A stretch of 64,000 bases of DNA from Octopus sinensis (Eukaryota): positions 36,642,001 through 36,706,000 of the forward strand of contig NC_043004.1 of the NCBI RefSeq assembly GCF_006345805.1, given 5' to 3'. Shown here piece after piece: positions 41,832 through 55,923 of the stretch. The notes beneath the pieces were generated by a model that saw nothing but the letters and a program-made list of their open reading frames with translations, was not told the origin of the DNA and made no database searches. Position 1 is the first letter of the stretch. Every line of letters starts with the position of its first letter. The position numbers and the translations under genes are program-made.

Positions 41832-44447
41832 CTGCAACACAGAATAGATTTCAGAAAATTACAGAAACCGAAATTTCTGCACACGCACGCACATACATAC
41901 ATACATACATACATACATACATACATACATACATGCATACATGCATGCACGCATGCATGCATGAATAAATACATACATGCATGCATACATACATACATAC
42001 ATACATACATACATACATACATACATACATACATTTCTCAAATTCAGAAAAAAGAAAGCTGATTCGAAGACTATATACCCTAGCCATCATTGGAACTGTA
42101 AACATCTGTAAAACTTTCCAGAAGTTTATCATTTAAGTACATATGAGCATGTCTAGTCATGCAACTATATTCATGAGAATACATACACATGCATAAAACA
42201 AAACATACAAATCTTCACGTATACATACATACAAAAATACCCGGTTGATTTCGAAATTTCAATGAAGGATCATTGGATCTATGTTAGAAACCGACTCTTT
42301 CTCTATTGGCTCGAAATGTTGAAATAAACATAAATAATTACATACATATAGTATGTACCATCATAAAGATCAGCTGTCCTATGATGTGAATATCTCTTTG
42401 AAAATCAGAGAGAAAGAGGATAACTATGGACAACTTCTTGGAAACCTCCAGCGTCTAGATTCAGATAATTCACATTGAAACCAATAAGAACAGGGGCACT
42501 TGGTCTCGTGAGCAAATGCGCAAGTGATAATTTGGATAAGCTAGAGTTTCCAGAAAAAGAAGTCAACCAACTTACACATTACAAACACAATCCGTTAGTG
42601 TAGCGGTAAAAATAAGAGAAAGATTTTTCTCAAGTTTAAAACGTGTCACTGATTTTACTACCTACATTCCAATGATGAAGCTTTCTATCTTTTTTTAGAA
42701 ACCAGCACTTTCCTCAGATAAAGATTTTAAATAAAAACAGAAGAGAACATACAGATAAATACATGCATCCACACATACATACATTCATACATACATGCAA
42801 ATGTAAACGGATGAACATAAGCAATTATATACAAATATAATATAACAGACATTTTAGATATATGCACACGAACACATTTGTTTTTAATGTTAATGCTTAT
42901 AGAATATCAGCTTCTCTTTCTCTAAGAACAATTAGAAATGGCATGTAACTTGTGATAGATTTCTAAAAAAACCAGGGTAAAAGACAAGCTGGAAAGCAAA
43001 TGCCTCAGTTGTAGGATGAGAAATAACAGTTAATTTATGAAGCTGGGATATGTTGTAGAGATTAGCGTATGTGTCACAAATGTCTATAATAAGGAGAAAA
43101 CTGTGGAAACTGAAATTAGACATCAACTGTAACAGTTCGTAAAAGTATTATATTCTTTCAGTTGAAAATGAACTTTGAAAAAATATGTTTACCATACATT
43201 ATCCCATAAAACAATTTCCGAATATTTAGCAAATAATACAATTATTCGTCGAGCTATTAGGGTACTTTATTCCATTTTATTAATGTCATTTAAGCCATTG
43301 AAAAATATAGACGATCATCACAAGTTCATGGTTAGAAGCCTAAAATAAAGATTTTACACTTTAGCTCAGTAAACAATAATTTCCAATGAATGAGCAGTCT
43401 TAGGCGTAGCTGAAGTTTCAGTTATGATGGAAATATATCAATGTATACATATACATGTGTGCGTATGTATTTACATATATGTGTGTGAATACTCATATGC
43501 ATATATATATATACACAAATGAATGTGTATGTATGTGTGCATGAATATACGTAAACAATATATATAGAGAGAGAGATTTATCTTATTTACAATAAGTGTG
43601 GATGTATATAGTTATATGCACATCTACACATATATTTATCTGTTTATAGAACAATAATTTTATTAGGTTGCAATATATCAGATTGCTTAAAGTAGAAATA
43701 GATTTCAACTTTCATTCTTAGAGAAAGCTTTTTGTCAGATTTTCTCCTGATAAAACCCATATCTGTATTGGATCTGGAGGAGAGATCCAAGGATCTGAAA
43801 CATTGTTATCGTTGATACTCAAGCATCATCTCTGCTTTTATCATCTGAGTCAATAGAAAATGCAATAACACCTTTCCTGCTATCGCGCGCTCTCTCTCCT
43901 TCCATCTATATATATATATATTTATATATATATATATATATATGTATTGCTATAAAAAGCACAGCGTCTCTCTATCTGCTTCGTATTTCGGTTCACAAGA
44001 GTTTAATATTTTATTTATGAATTCAACTCTTGTTTACACAGCGTACACAAATTTTCTTTTCGACGAAAGGACAATGTAATAATCTAAGATACCCGATCAG
44101 AATCTCTTCACGGGAACCTTATTAACCTGTGTGTTTATTAGATAACGATGGCAATGTATACACCTTCCTCTCTTTATGTAATCACATCATCGTTTTGAGA
44201 AGCTGTTCTGATCATGTACAAGTAATATTTATCTATCCGACTTCTACAACAGTGCTACATTGCAGCTGTCTAGAATATAGAGTTTACTGAATTATAATGG
44301 CTTAAAGTTTACAAGACTTATTCAATTACATGCCTTATTGAATTGTTCAGTTTGCAGAATTTATAACACTAACTAAATGTGTGCGTTTTCACAGAGATTG
44401 GTAAATCAATGAATGGCAAATAGCATTAGTGTAAGACAGTTACGTAC

Positions 44448-44685
44448 TTGTCTCTGGTGTCGTGACACATTTTCTATCCGAATACGGGCTAATGAAGCCT
44501 TTATTTGTATGAAACATTAAATCAACACAATAAGAGGTTGCTGGTTCGAGATCTTGAATAGTAAGAAACTTGGCAGTGTTTCCCTCCCTTTTTATGACTC
44601 TCGGAGCAATTCCATACTTTAAACTTGTGAATCGAATTAAGTATAATGTTATGCTATCACAATTCCAAGATCCTTTGGGCGGATC
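44448..44685 (-). CDS. RPTP-like exon 4 seen; FN3 domain 2 remainder
   Basis: ctcattttag / A|gtacgt; 238 nt, phase 0 to 1; DPPKGSWNCDSITLYLIRF...LTIQDLEPATSYCVDLMFHTNKGFISPYSDRKCVTTPET (FN3 LxPxTxY motif). Confidence 0.88.
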
Positions 44686-44849
44686 CTAAAATGAGAAAAC
44701 AAAGAAACAAATATTAGAAAAGAGAGCACATTCAATGTAAAACAGAGAAAAACATAAGTAACAACAGAGGGACAGACGAGTTATAAATGTTAAGTATAGT
44801 TCATTTTTCTAATGTAATGTCGTTAACCAAGGAATACTCGCCCCAATGT

Positions 44850-46860
44850 GAAAAGTGAGTGGAGGGGTGGGTACAAGCCACCTTATTTAACGCTACCACC
44901 TGGCTCATTCAGCACTTTACCAGTGTCTGCTCTCTCTGGCCAGGATTGAAACAAAGATCTCGACGCACCTTCACCCGGCACTCCTCCAACTTGCATACAA
45001 ACAGAACTAAAGTCACTGGAAAATTTTCTTTTCTCTTCTCTAAAGTCCAAGGATTTTGTGCAAATCTAGACCCCACAAATCAGCTTTTAACACTAACCCC
45101 CCCCCCCGCCTGTTCTCTCAGAAACAGAAATTTTTCATCATCCATCTTCGCTGTCACGGTTATACACTTTGATGCAGATGATGATGATGATGATGATCTA
45201 CATCAACCTTGCAGAATCCTCGACTCTCTCACAACAGTGTTTGTTATGTGAACAATACACTACTCTCAAACAAAGCCACTTTGATCAAACTCTATACTGC
45301 ACATTGCATCAAACTCTATACTGCACAAATATCTCCCACCAATCTACCACTCCACGCCACCAAACTCATCAAAGTCATGTACATATACAGGCAAAGTACG
45401 AAAGTACATTCGGTCACTTTAAACTGACCAAGCCACCAACACTATTCCAAAATGTTATGATAGCTTTTTCGAAAAAGACCACTCAGTTCTCCAGTGTCCC
45501 AAATGGAAACGATGCTCAGCAACGCATCCAGTTTTCACAATATTAGCTTCAAAGGTCATTTACTGCTAAAGAAACTAAAAGGGACAAACTTGATAGATTG
45601 CAATTCCCTTCCGTTACACACGATCATTACACACGTGAAGTCGGGTTAACCGCTTTTCTGATTAAACTCTTTAAATTCACGCTTCCTGAAGGGATTTACA
45701 CTGACTTGTGGAAATGCACTGCGTTCCATTTCCAAAGCAGGCTTCCTCTCCTCCCCATCTCCAACTATCGACCTGCTTCACTTCCAATATCGATGTCCTC
45801 AAATAACTCCAATCTCTCTCTTTAACGACCCCAGCACGGTTTCCGTAATGTCAAACTCTTTAGAGACTCATCTGTGTCAGCAACCAATATATTCACAGAA
45901 AAATTGATGAAAGCAATATAGTTGCCCATAATATCACTTCATTTGGCATGCGTTTCTATTATCAAATCCAGTCGACTTTCGACTCACTGGATCAATAGCT
46001 TCCAAACAGATCATACTATCACGTTGTTCTTACTATCTAACGCTCTACCAGATCTTGTGCGTCCCAAGATGCAGATCTGTACCCCAATCCCTTCATAGTA
46101 TGTGTGACCAACTTTGTATCAAATAATATCTGTTCTTATGCATGTGATGCTAACCTTCATTCTTCCTTAAACTTCCCCCAAATGAGCATCATTCACACGG
46201 AGCCTAGAGATCACACACCAAGGCTGCATTGACTTCATGAACTTTCAAAAGACCAAACTTGTCCCTTTCAACAACAGATAATCGCATTCGCTACTGAAAT
46301 AAGACTAACATCATCGGATATGACAAATACTAAACCAAGCCCTTCACGATCGGTTCGGATGTTAGACCAGGTTGTAACCGATCTCCTTATATAGTGAGAG
46401 TAACCCGATAACATAGCGATTGCTGCATTTCAAAAACAATCCTTTCTTCTCAGTTTAAGAAACAAGTTCGTCCTCTCACAAATACTGAGACTACATTGAC
46501 CTCGGGTGAAGTGACGCTGCCTCTCCTGCATCCAGCGACATTGTTATCGGTATCCAGAGAAAAAACACTCGACTGATTAACATAAATTCACTCCCCAGCA
46601 TCAAACCCACAGCAGTATTGTGTCTTCTTGCTCTTTCTACAGCTACTATAACGGCCTTTGCACTTTGAAACAGGTTGGTTTTCTTCCACTGCCACCTTGG
46701 CCTTTGTGAAACATTCGTCTTCCCTTCTTTCGTCTCCTATGTTGTGTATAATCGCCAACTCCTCACTGACTTAATATCTTAGACCTTTCTCCCTAAAACA
46801 TTTGTCCGCTGGACTCTTGTCATGCTCACATCTCTCTGGAAAGTGTCAACATACAGTTTA
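44850..46860 (+). mobile_element. Decayed CR1/L2-group LINE reverse transcriptase region
   Basis: PISNYRPASL (NYRPISL), GFR, decayed GVPQGS/YADD region (SYACDANL), C-terminal SFYSYYNGLC; many stops and frameshifts. Confidence 0.65.
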
Positions 46861-47062
46861 AGTGGAGAGTCAATGTCATCAATCTAGGAGGGAGGACAAC
46901 ACAGTAATAAATAATGGAAACTGCATCAAATGAATATGAGATCTTATCGCTTAAAAATACCACACATGCTGTAGAAAATACATATTCTGTTATCCCAACG
47001 ACGACATTGCGGTCATCTTCAGAAAATGAAATATAATTCTGAATGGTATATGAAGTTGATCA

Positions 47063-47320
47063 AATTAAGCAACATAATATTACAAGGAATATCGTATGTG
47101 TACATCAAAATGTGACCGCGTGTGTATCGTTGGCGATTTTTTCCTCCGTCTTCCCTTCCTTGGATCTTTCCTTTTCCTGTGTTTCTGACGAAGAGCTCCG
47201 CTCGAAACGTTGAATCCTCCTTCTTTCTTTCCTTTCCTGAGCGTCCAATAATACTATACTTGTTCCACGTCCTCGCGTTGTTGTGTTTTCTCTTTGTTTT
47301 CATGTTTGGATTAATTATAT
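47063..47320 (+). mobile_element. Penelope-type terminal-repeat fragment with minimal hammerhead motif at 47181-47215
   Basis: gttt-CTGACGA-A-GAGC tcc GCTC-GAAA-CGT-T-gaat; loopless palindromic stem III (ACGT) typical of minimal hammerheads; ends in (TA)n. Confidence 0.55.
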
Positions 47321-47327
47321 ATATATA

Positions 47328-47376
<49 letters not shown>

Positions 47377-47609
47377 ATATATGAATATACCTTAAGAGAG
47401 GGGGGAAAGACAGGCAGACAGACAGGGAGAGAGGGAGAGTCAGACAGAGTGATTCATAATTTGAAAACATTTAAAATAAACTAATGAATGTCATTCTTTC
47501 GTCATTGTGAATATGAGCAAAGAGTATTTTTTGTCAGGAAATCTTACTCAGTAAAACCAATTACGAAAGACAAAGGGATGAATATTGCCAAAGAGAAAGA
47601 TTTACTTAC

Positions 47610-47701
47610 CGACCATGTGATCGTAATCTTCGTTTTAGGATATGAAATGTTATATTGTGGTGCTGATAACAATTGACCAACTTTTGGAGGTAAATCGGGT
47701 T
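47610..47701 (-). CDS. RPTP-like exon 3 seen; FN3 domain 2 start
   Basis: ttattttccag / TCG|gtaagt; 92 nt, phase 1 to 0; (K)PDLPPKVGQLLSAPQYNISYPKTKITITWS. Confidence 0.87.
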
Positions 47702-48008
47702 CTGGAAAATAAATTTGAAAAATCATTTTTTGCATTTTCTGAGTGCAGAGTATGAGACACACATACGATCGCACATGCAGACTCCTCCTGTGTGCGTGTG
47801 TAATATATACATGTTTGTGTGTGTGTAATTGTCACAACTTATACCTCCGGTGGGTTAACATGGAATTCTTTAACAATGTAACCTTCATATAATGAAGGTG
47901 TCTTCGCCATATGTAGCTAGTATATTACCCGTCGTTGAGTAATTATTACTTCCGAGGATCTGCAAGATAGGAAACATATGTAGCCTGTGTTCCACTCTCT
48001 CTATTTGG

Positions 48009-48043
<35 letters not shown>

Positions 48044-48049
48044 AGATGG

Positions 48050-48290
48050 ACTCTCCTGCCGAAGACGATGCATGAGTGTCCATCTCTTGGCGAACAACCT
48101 GCACAATTGATCTGGGGATCAAATGTTCGTGCCACACATAGGCTAAGTCTCTCCATCACATCAACGTTGAAGAGATTGGAGAGCAACATGAAAGGAACTG
48201 TTTTGCCGAAGAACGCAACGCACCCCCTGGTCTAAGAACTGTAATCACAATCGGTAGATCGTGTGTGCAACACCCTAACCCATGCACCCT
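48050..48290 (-). mobile_element. Degenerate SINE related to 9805-10020
   Basis: Shares gtgccacac, agcaacatgaaa..gttttgcc.aagaacgcaacgc and caccctaacc segments. Confidence 0.5.
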
Positions 48291-48575
48291 CATGTGTGTG
48301 TGTGTGTATATATGTACACACATATATAACATATGCGATGACATATGCCGAATACAAAAAATTTAAGCTAATTTTTTATTTCAACTTATTTAGTCAATAT
48401 GCATTATATTCATAATAAGAAAGAGATGAGAGTAGCCAAAATCATATCTTTATTCGTCCTTACAGAAATATTCAGATTAATATTTTGTGGCGGTTTACTT
48501 AAGGATGTATTGACGTATCTGTGTTTAATCTTGGCTGGACCAATAATTATATGTGTGTGTGTGTGTGTATATATT

Positions 48576-48626
<51 letters not shown>

Positions 48627-49971
48627 TGTGTGTGTGCATGTGTTTAACTTACGTATATTATAGATATTATATACATACACCCATTACACATATAAATATA
48701 ATATGTATCGCGATGACACATATCGAACATAACCAATTAACATTAAACTGTGTTTATTTCTATTTATTTCAGTCAAGATTAATTTCGTAAACATAAACAA
48801 ATAGTAATGATCTTCCCTCCCCTTTCGAGCGGACATCACTATTTATGATATCGTATCTTTACGTTGCAATTAATATGAAAGGAAGTGTCACGAAATAAGT
48901 TGTCATGCATTACAACTTGCGAGCATCACTGTATTAGTTCAGCTTTATTATAACGCTCTTTTTGAAATTTCACAACCCCATAAAGACTATATTTGTTCAG
49001 TTTCACGTCAAAATATATTTGATAAGTATTTTAGACGTTGTAATAGTTTAAAACCTTATCTTTAAAGTAGTTTAATAAAGAAAATGGATGACATGATGTC
49101 ACAGTGTCTTTCTATTTACAGCCATGTACAAGACTTTTGAAGCAAATTACAGTAGTTTGTATTAATTCATCGAACGTTAATCAGTCTAAATGACAGACTT
49201 CTCTCTTCAATTTAGCAAACAATACGATGAAGCTATTGAACCCAAGGAACAAACTATGTCTTATTGTAATTACTTCTACTAAGAAATTAGGTGGAAATTA
49301 ATTTCCAAACTAGAAAATAAATTAGTGTCATATTCAAAGGGAAACACTTTTTAACATTTCATGTTAATCATTATTTTCTACCTTACTCTAGAAATAGCTT
49401 CTTCAACCGGTAAGATTTACAGAGTGAAACGTATTGAAACGGAATGCAACTTGCATGCCTCTTCTTTAACTACCAACAAAAACTAAATAGATATCGAATG
49501 CTTATTACTTCCACACATCATCACTTTATGTCAAAGACTGCAAGCTACAGTACAAGAGGGCCCCAGTCTTAACTGAACTTCACTACATTTGCTTTATTAT
49601 ATATGAGGGCTCTCCTTCACATATAACTCGAGGATAACTATGCAAAAACTACGTCCTAACAGAAATGTGTAACATAAATACTTTTAATGGCGTATAGGTG
49701 TGTGTGTGTGTTTGTGTTTGTGTGTGTGTATGTTTGTGAAGTGGAGCTGCTGAACTTTGAAGCGCGGGTTATAGTATGAAATACATCATACAAGTATCCA
49801 TTGAGTTGTGTTTTAGAATTCAGTCAAAGAAGCAAGCCAGCCAGAGATTTATGAAAGTAATGCTGTTGATATTCCGTTAACGAGTGTTGGAGAAGACTGT
49901 TATTGCTCTGATGAAAAAGGATTAGGAGAGAGTATTATGGGATACAGTGTCGAGGGGCTTGCGTAGAGGGG

Positions 49972-50165
49972 TTATTATTATTGTTGTTATTATTATTTAG
50001 GTTGACTCAGGTTCGGTCTCATTCCTGGTAGTATTTATATGAGTTATGGGTTGCTACCTGTAACCTTAGGTATCAACAAATTTTCAGCAGTCTTTCAAGT
50101 GCTTAGAACCGTCTTGATATTCCTTGCTGTCCCTAAGAGAGAAATTTTCTGTAGGACTGTGAAAG
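49972..50165 (-). mobile_element. 3' end of a third R4/Dong-like LINE
   Basis: TVLQKISLLGTARNIKTVLST*, then 3' UTR and (TAA)n tail. Confidence 0.65.
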
Positions 50166-50167
50166 GA

Positions 50168-50400
50168 TTATTATTATTGTTATTATTATTATTTTGATTT
50201 GACTCAGGTTCGGTCCAATTCCTCTTTCTGATTGATTTGCATTTTATTTCATCTTCCGACTAAAGTACATATATTTTAGATGGAGAGAAACTGCCTGAGA
50301 ATGTGGGCGGTTGATGTCAACACAACTGTTTGAATTTCATAGATTGTTGGTTTCTCTGGGATCTGGTCAAGAAATTTGTTACTACTTTTCTTGATCATTC
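50168..50400 (-). mobile_element. 3' end of a second R4/Dong-like LINE
   Basis: MIKKSSNKFLDQIPEKPTIYEIQTVVLTSTAHILRQFLSI*, short 3' UTR, (TAA)n tail. Confidence 0.65.
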
Positions 50401-50404
50401 TCAA

Positions 50405-50620
50405 AGCACGCGGCTAGCAGGCGGAACCGTTAGCACGCCAGGGGAAATGCATAGCCGCATTCCGTCTGTCTCCACCTTCTGAGATCAAATTCTGCCGAGG
50501 TCCATTTTGCCTTTCATCCTTTCTGGGACAATAACATTGAGTATACTGGGGTCGATAAAATCGATTTACCCCTCCCCTACATTTCAGGCCTTGTGCTTGT
50601 AGATAAAAGGATTATTATTA
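50405..50620 (+). mobile_element. tRNA-derived SINE (fourth family), degenerate
   Basis: ggctagcaggcggaaccgttagcacgcc...tcaaattctgccgaggtccattttgcctttcatcctt...actggggtcgat; followed by a simple-repeat tail. Confidence 0.6.
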
Positions 50621-50672
50621 CTAGTAGTAGAAGTAGTAGTAGCAGCAGCAGCAGCAGTAGCAGCAGCAGCAA

Positions 50673-50713
<41 letters not shown>

Positions 50714-52934
50714 TTAGTAGTAGAGAAGAGCAGATGTTTTTGTAGCGGTTGCAAAAGAGGTAAGGAATAACTCCTATTTGGAAACCTAAATTTTCGTCAG
50801 GTAGAAGCAGCATTGTTCCTGGTCTGAACTAATAGCTGTTGTTGTTGTTTACTCTCAGTTCAACCCCGGGCAAATCGATCTGCGATCAAGAGTGTTCAAG
50901 CCTTAAACATCCAACTTTATTTTTCTTCAAGCATAAAACATTGTGATACAATTATATTTTGTCTCTTGTAAAGCAGTAAAAACTCATTTCAGGGCAATTT
51001 CCCCGTTGTTTCATGTACGTTTGATCAACTATGTATAGGATCTAGAGATAGTTTAAGTGAAGGCAATCCAGATGCTATACCAACAGGCAGTATGAGACAT
51101 TTGCTTTTCTATAAAAGTCTTAGAATCATTGCGATGGTGGGTAAAAGCCTATTAGTGGGAGCATTTAGATGTATTAAATGCGATGTTGGTGAAAGGCATT
51201 CGTAGAGTGGATCTGAAAGAACTCCATTCTCTAGGCTGACTGTAAGTATCAGTCGGTTCTACAGTAGGAAGATGTGGAATATGTTGTTTTGTATAAGCCA
51301 AGACCAAACAACTTGATCTGTCTAGAGATTGTTTATTTGGAAAGGATGAGTTTGGATGTGAGAAAGAAAATTTGTTATATTTGTCTGCTCGGTACTAACT
51401 GGTGCAAACTGACAGGAATACAAACATTTTAGGATACTAACTGGTAAAGACAGTGAGAAATGCGAGTAGATTAGGACAATAATTGGGTAGATACAGTTAC
51501 AATACGGACGTGTTAGGATCTTAACTGGGGAAGACCGTGTGTTGGTGGCAATCTCGTAAGGGCAGTGTTGCTAGGGAGGATATATTATAAGATTGATCCA
51601 AACATATTTGATGTAGAATTAGTGAAGAAATTTGTTTCCTAAGAATAAGTTATTTCTATTTTTGCTCACTTCAGATTTACATAATGAATACCACCCCCGC
51701 CAACACTCTTTTCTGTCTCTACACTTTACATTTCTACAACAAATGCCTTCCCTAAAGTGTAAATGAAATTAAAAGATAAAGTATATTTTTCAACAAAATT
51801 ACTTTCAATCTGGAAAAAAACTATTTAGTGAATTATATATCTTTGTGCAATTTCTTTTGATATAATTAATTTTCAACATCAACTTGAAACCATGTGCTTT
51901 TTCATTTGAATTACGGAGAAAATGCCTATGAATAATTTAATAAGTTATGCACACTCTTTTTATGTATCACAGCAAAACATCTAAAACTATTCAATACTTG
52001 TACAGGAAAGACTGATGTCATTAAAACCTCAGGACAAAACTGCTTCTATGGAAGTATGTCATTTCATTGTGATTAAATGTTAAATGTAAAAACGTAGCTG
52101 TTTGCCTGAGAATGTTTAACAGCTGTCAGAGAAATATTAACTCACAAAAATAAGCTAAGAATTCAAATGATTATTTTGTTTATAGTATGATGCATCAGAA
52201 TTTAATACAAGACGCTTCTACGTACCTATTTATTAGAATCAGTTCGAGTAACTTTTGTTTAAACTACAGCAGTAGGATACTAGAAGGGAGTTAGTTACAC
52301 GACTATAACATAAGGTGTACAAATATAGCAACGTATATAGACTTTTTGTGGAACTAGTATTGAGATTTTGCTTAAATTAAATAATAATTCTTCAAATAAT
52401 AAAAGATACATCATCATGTTAATTATATGATTGTGTTCAAGAAGTACAATGTTTTGTCTTAAATCGGAATTTTTCAATGATTCATAAATCTTCAGATTTA
52501 GATATAATCATTACGGTCTGCAATAAACAAAATATCAATGCCAATAACAGAAATATATTACACCAAATACATGAAGTATATTTGTCTCACTACATACACA
52601 CACATTCTCATACACACCTGTAAAGACATGGACGTCCTATACACACACAAATTATGCCTCTGTGTGTGTGTGCGACTGTGTCTGTATGTGTGCGTGTGGA
52701 TACACATTGATATACATGTGTGTGTATGTATATAGTTATTGTGTGTATGTGTATATATATATATAGAGAGAGAGAGAGAAAGAGGGAGAGAGAGAGATAA
52801 GTAGACAGACAGACGGGTAGACAGACAGACAGATAGAGAGGGAGAGATAGGGGTGCATAGAGAGAGACAGAGAGAGGGAGAGAGAGAGAGAGAGCAATGA
52901 AGTAAAAAAAAGGGAACTCAATACTAAAACAAGA

Positions 52935-53728
52935 ATGAAATATCTCGGTGGTGGATTTAACAGTTTAACAGAGACAGTGTCTGAGTATAAAATGCAGAGC
53001 TTAATGACCACCTCGAGAACCCAGTTTCCACAAAAACTGTTCGTCAGGAGCTGCACAAAGGCAGATTTCATGGGAAGGCTGCAATCAGAAAATCACTACT
53101 TTCGAAAACAAACGTTGTTAAGCGTTTAGAGTGACGTAAAAGCCTACAGAATTGGTCCGACCACCGGCTGAATATACATGTGGAGATAGCCAAAAGAAGC
53201 ATTTGACCCAGACTACCTTCGAGGAGGATTTGTGATGATCAGGGCGGGGGGGGGGGTATTTGGAAATCTGCCGACCCAATGGTTTCTCTTCATGGCATAA
53301 TTAATAGTCAAGACTATTTAAACATTTTATCTGATCAAACTCATCCTATGGTTGCGGAACTGTTTCGGGAAGGAAACGCAATATTTCAGGATGATAATGC
53401 ACTAATTCACACAGCTAAATTTGTTACTGAATGGCACGAGGAGCATTCTAGGGAAGTTGAACATCTTATCTCAATATTATTGAACACTTAAGGTGCTTTT
53501 TAGAAAAACAAGTAAGGAGTCGATATCATCCACCATCATCACTACAAGAACTGGAGACTGTTTTAGCTAAAGAATGGACAAAAATTCCTTTGGAAACAAT
53601 TCAAAGTTTGTACGAGTCCATTCCTCGTAGACTTAAAACTGTAATCACTGCCAAAGGTGGTCCTACTCCATATTAAAATAAATTTGTTTGAAAATTTAAG
53701 GTGTTTCCATTATTTTGTTCAGCCCCTG
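52935..53728 (+). mobile_element. Tc1-type transposon remnant (transposase C-half plus right TIR)
   Basis: ELNDHLENPVSTKTVRQELHK, IFQDDNALIHTAK, ESIPRRLKTVITAKGGPTPY*; right end gtgtttccattattttgttcagcccctg|TA; first catalytic D region deleted. Confidence 0.85.
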
Positions 53729-53863
<135 letters not shown>

Positions 53864-53901
53864 GTATATATACAATAATTTTTTTTATCTTAAGTACTTA
53901 C

Positions 53902-54074
53902 TGCTGCATAACGTTTTCGCAAATATACTTGGTCCTGGTGGGCCCGAACCTCCATCACCATCTCTTCTTGTAACAATATAGATTTTGTATCGTGTACTTG
54001 GTCGAAGTTCTTGAATGATATGGCTACATACTCTTTTTTCACGACAGAACGTGTGGTAAATGAGACCCATCATC
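53902..54074 (-). CDS. RPTP-like exon 2 seen; FN3 domain 1, C-half
   Basis: ttatttgcag / A|gtaagt; 173 nt, phase 2 to 1; MMGLIYHTFCREKRVCSHIIQELRPSTRYKIYIVTRRDGDGGSGPPGPSIFAKTLCS. The end resembles the R2B PTP motif LLTRPGEGGTGxPGPPLxTRTKC. Confidence 0.9.
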
Positions 54075-54725
54075 CTGCAAATAATATAATAATATTAATC
54101 ATTATAATTTGTATCATAGAAGCTATAATGGTTAACATCCGTTTTGGATGAAATGTACGAATTGTACCAAAGTGTGTTTTGGGAAATGCTATGTCAATCA
54201 ATTGTAAAGACATTCATTATGGTGGCGTTTATTACCAACCTGAGAAGGGGAGAATCAGTAGTTGAGCATCGAACAAAAATAACTTTATTTAGTTTTATCC
54301 TTTTTTATATCTGGTTCCATGGCTTGAAGCCAAGAACAGCGTTTCCTCCTCACCGCCTGAAGTAGGAAAATATGTAAGTAGCAACGGGTATAATCAACTA
54401 AATTCATTTGAACATGGTATCTAACCATTGCCTATCAGAATATCAAATGTCAGAATAAAGCATTATTTCATGACAAAAAGTAAGCAAAAGCTAAATCCGA
54501 CTTCAAATTTGGCCGTGAATTGATATACTTAGTGTATATCAACTTCGTAATAATTATCTTTATAATATTTTTTATCGAATTGGCACTCCCATTTTAAATC
54601 TGTAACTGCATACGTTAAAAGAACTCAAACCACAACAGTTAGGTGACTAAATTCTTCTTTAATGACTAGTCATATGTTATACACGACAAATATTCATTTA
54701 TTAGATCCATGGCAGTTATTGTCGT

Positions 54726-54782
<57 letters not shown>

Positions 54783-55757
54783 TATATACGATGCGGATAC
54801 TGTAGACCACTCTGTGATTGATGGGAAGCTGAATCTACAATGAGGTCAGTCCATTTATTTGGCAAACCATTAATGCATTTAGATATTTCTCCATCTTTTT
54901 AAAATATAAGACTGTTCGTAAGAAAAAAAATATCAAATCTAGTATATAGGAAATATGGAAGAACAAAAGGTTACTCGAAACGACATGTATTTGTTTAGAA
55001 CAAAAATGGTATTCGTTATGGAAGGAATAACATTTTTGTCTACGTGATTCTTTTCATTGCGTGAAAAGAATTTGTTTGAAAAACCATGAACGCCACAGTA
55101 TCATTCCTACATAAAAATAAGTTTAAGTATTTACATATTAACACGGACAACTATCCTTTCTATTTGTCTTATTGGGGTCAAATTGGTGTTTCACAATTAT
55201 GATTTGATAAAATATGCCATAGAATAATCACGTATTTAAACTAAATTCTATGACTATGCCATGCAGAAGAATGCGATGAGCTGGTAGAGTATAAAAACAT
55301 CAACCATTCTTTGTGCATTTGGATTTCAAATCCGATATAGAATATCTGTTATCTCTTTGAAACATACTCATTCAATATAATCCATCTATGTTATTGACGA
55401 TAAACCCTCTCCTGCAAAATATTGGCCTGGTATGCAGGGCCAAGGAAGAAAATGTTTCATAACATTAGGACATTGGAATAATATTGAATTTTGTATAAAC
55501 AGTTGTCTTTTGAATTCAGAGATATAGACATATATCTTCTCTTCGGAAGCGATATGCGTAACATTACAAGGATATCAGCTGTCTCATATCATCATCGTCA
55601 CCTTTTGAAAGGTACTTAACAACAGTGTACCAAAAGATGAAAGTACATATTTATACAATATGTTTCATAACTATATAACATACATATGTCTAAAGTACAT
55701 TATGTATAGAACATTATAATTTTGTTTATGCTAAAGAAAGCAATATTGCTAACTTAC

Positions 55758-55923
55758 CTAAAATTAGTTTCCGCTGCTGTTTTCACCCATATTGTATACC
55801 ATAGGATTGGGGGGTCACCAATATCTCCATTTCGTTGGTTCCATGGAGTCCACTCAATCGTCATGTTTGTAGCTGATATTTTATTCCTCGGCACCACAGG
55901 TTTAGATCGTAAAACAGGCGGTT
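55758..55923 (-). CDS. Receptor PTP-like gene (R2B/PTPRK-M-T-U-like ectodomain), first exon seen; FN3 domain 1, N-half
   Basis: Acceptor ttttattgtag, donor AG|gtaagt; 166 nt, phase 1 to 2; xPPVLRSKPVVPRNKISATNMTIEWTPWNQRNGDIGDPPILWYTIWVKTAAETNF(R); splices in frame to the next exon. Confidence 0.88.

Noticed and set aside
51050-51650. Possible decayed Penelope GIY-YIG region
   Set aside because: Too degenerate to recover diagnostic motifs.
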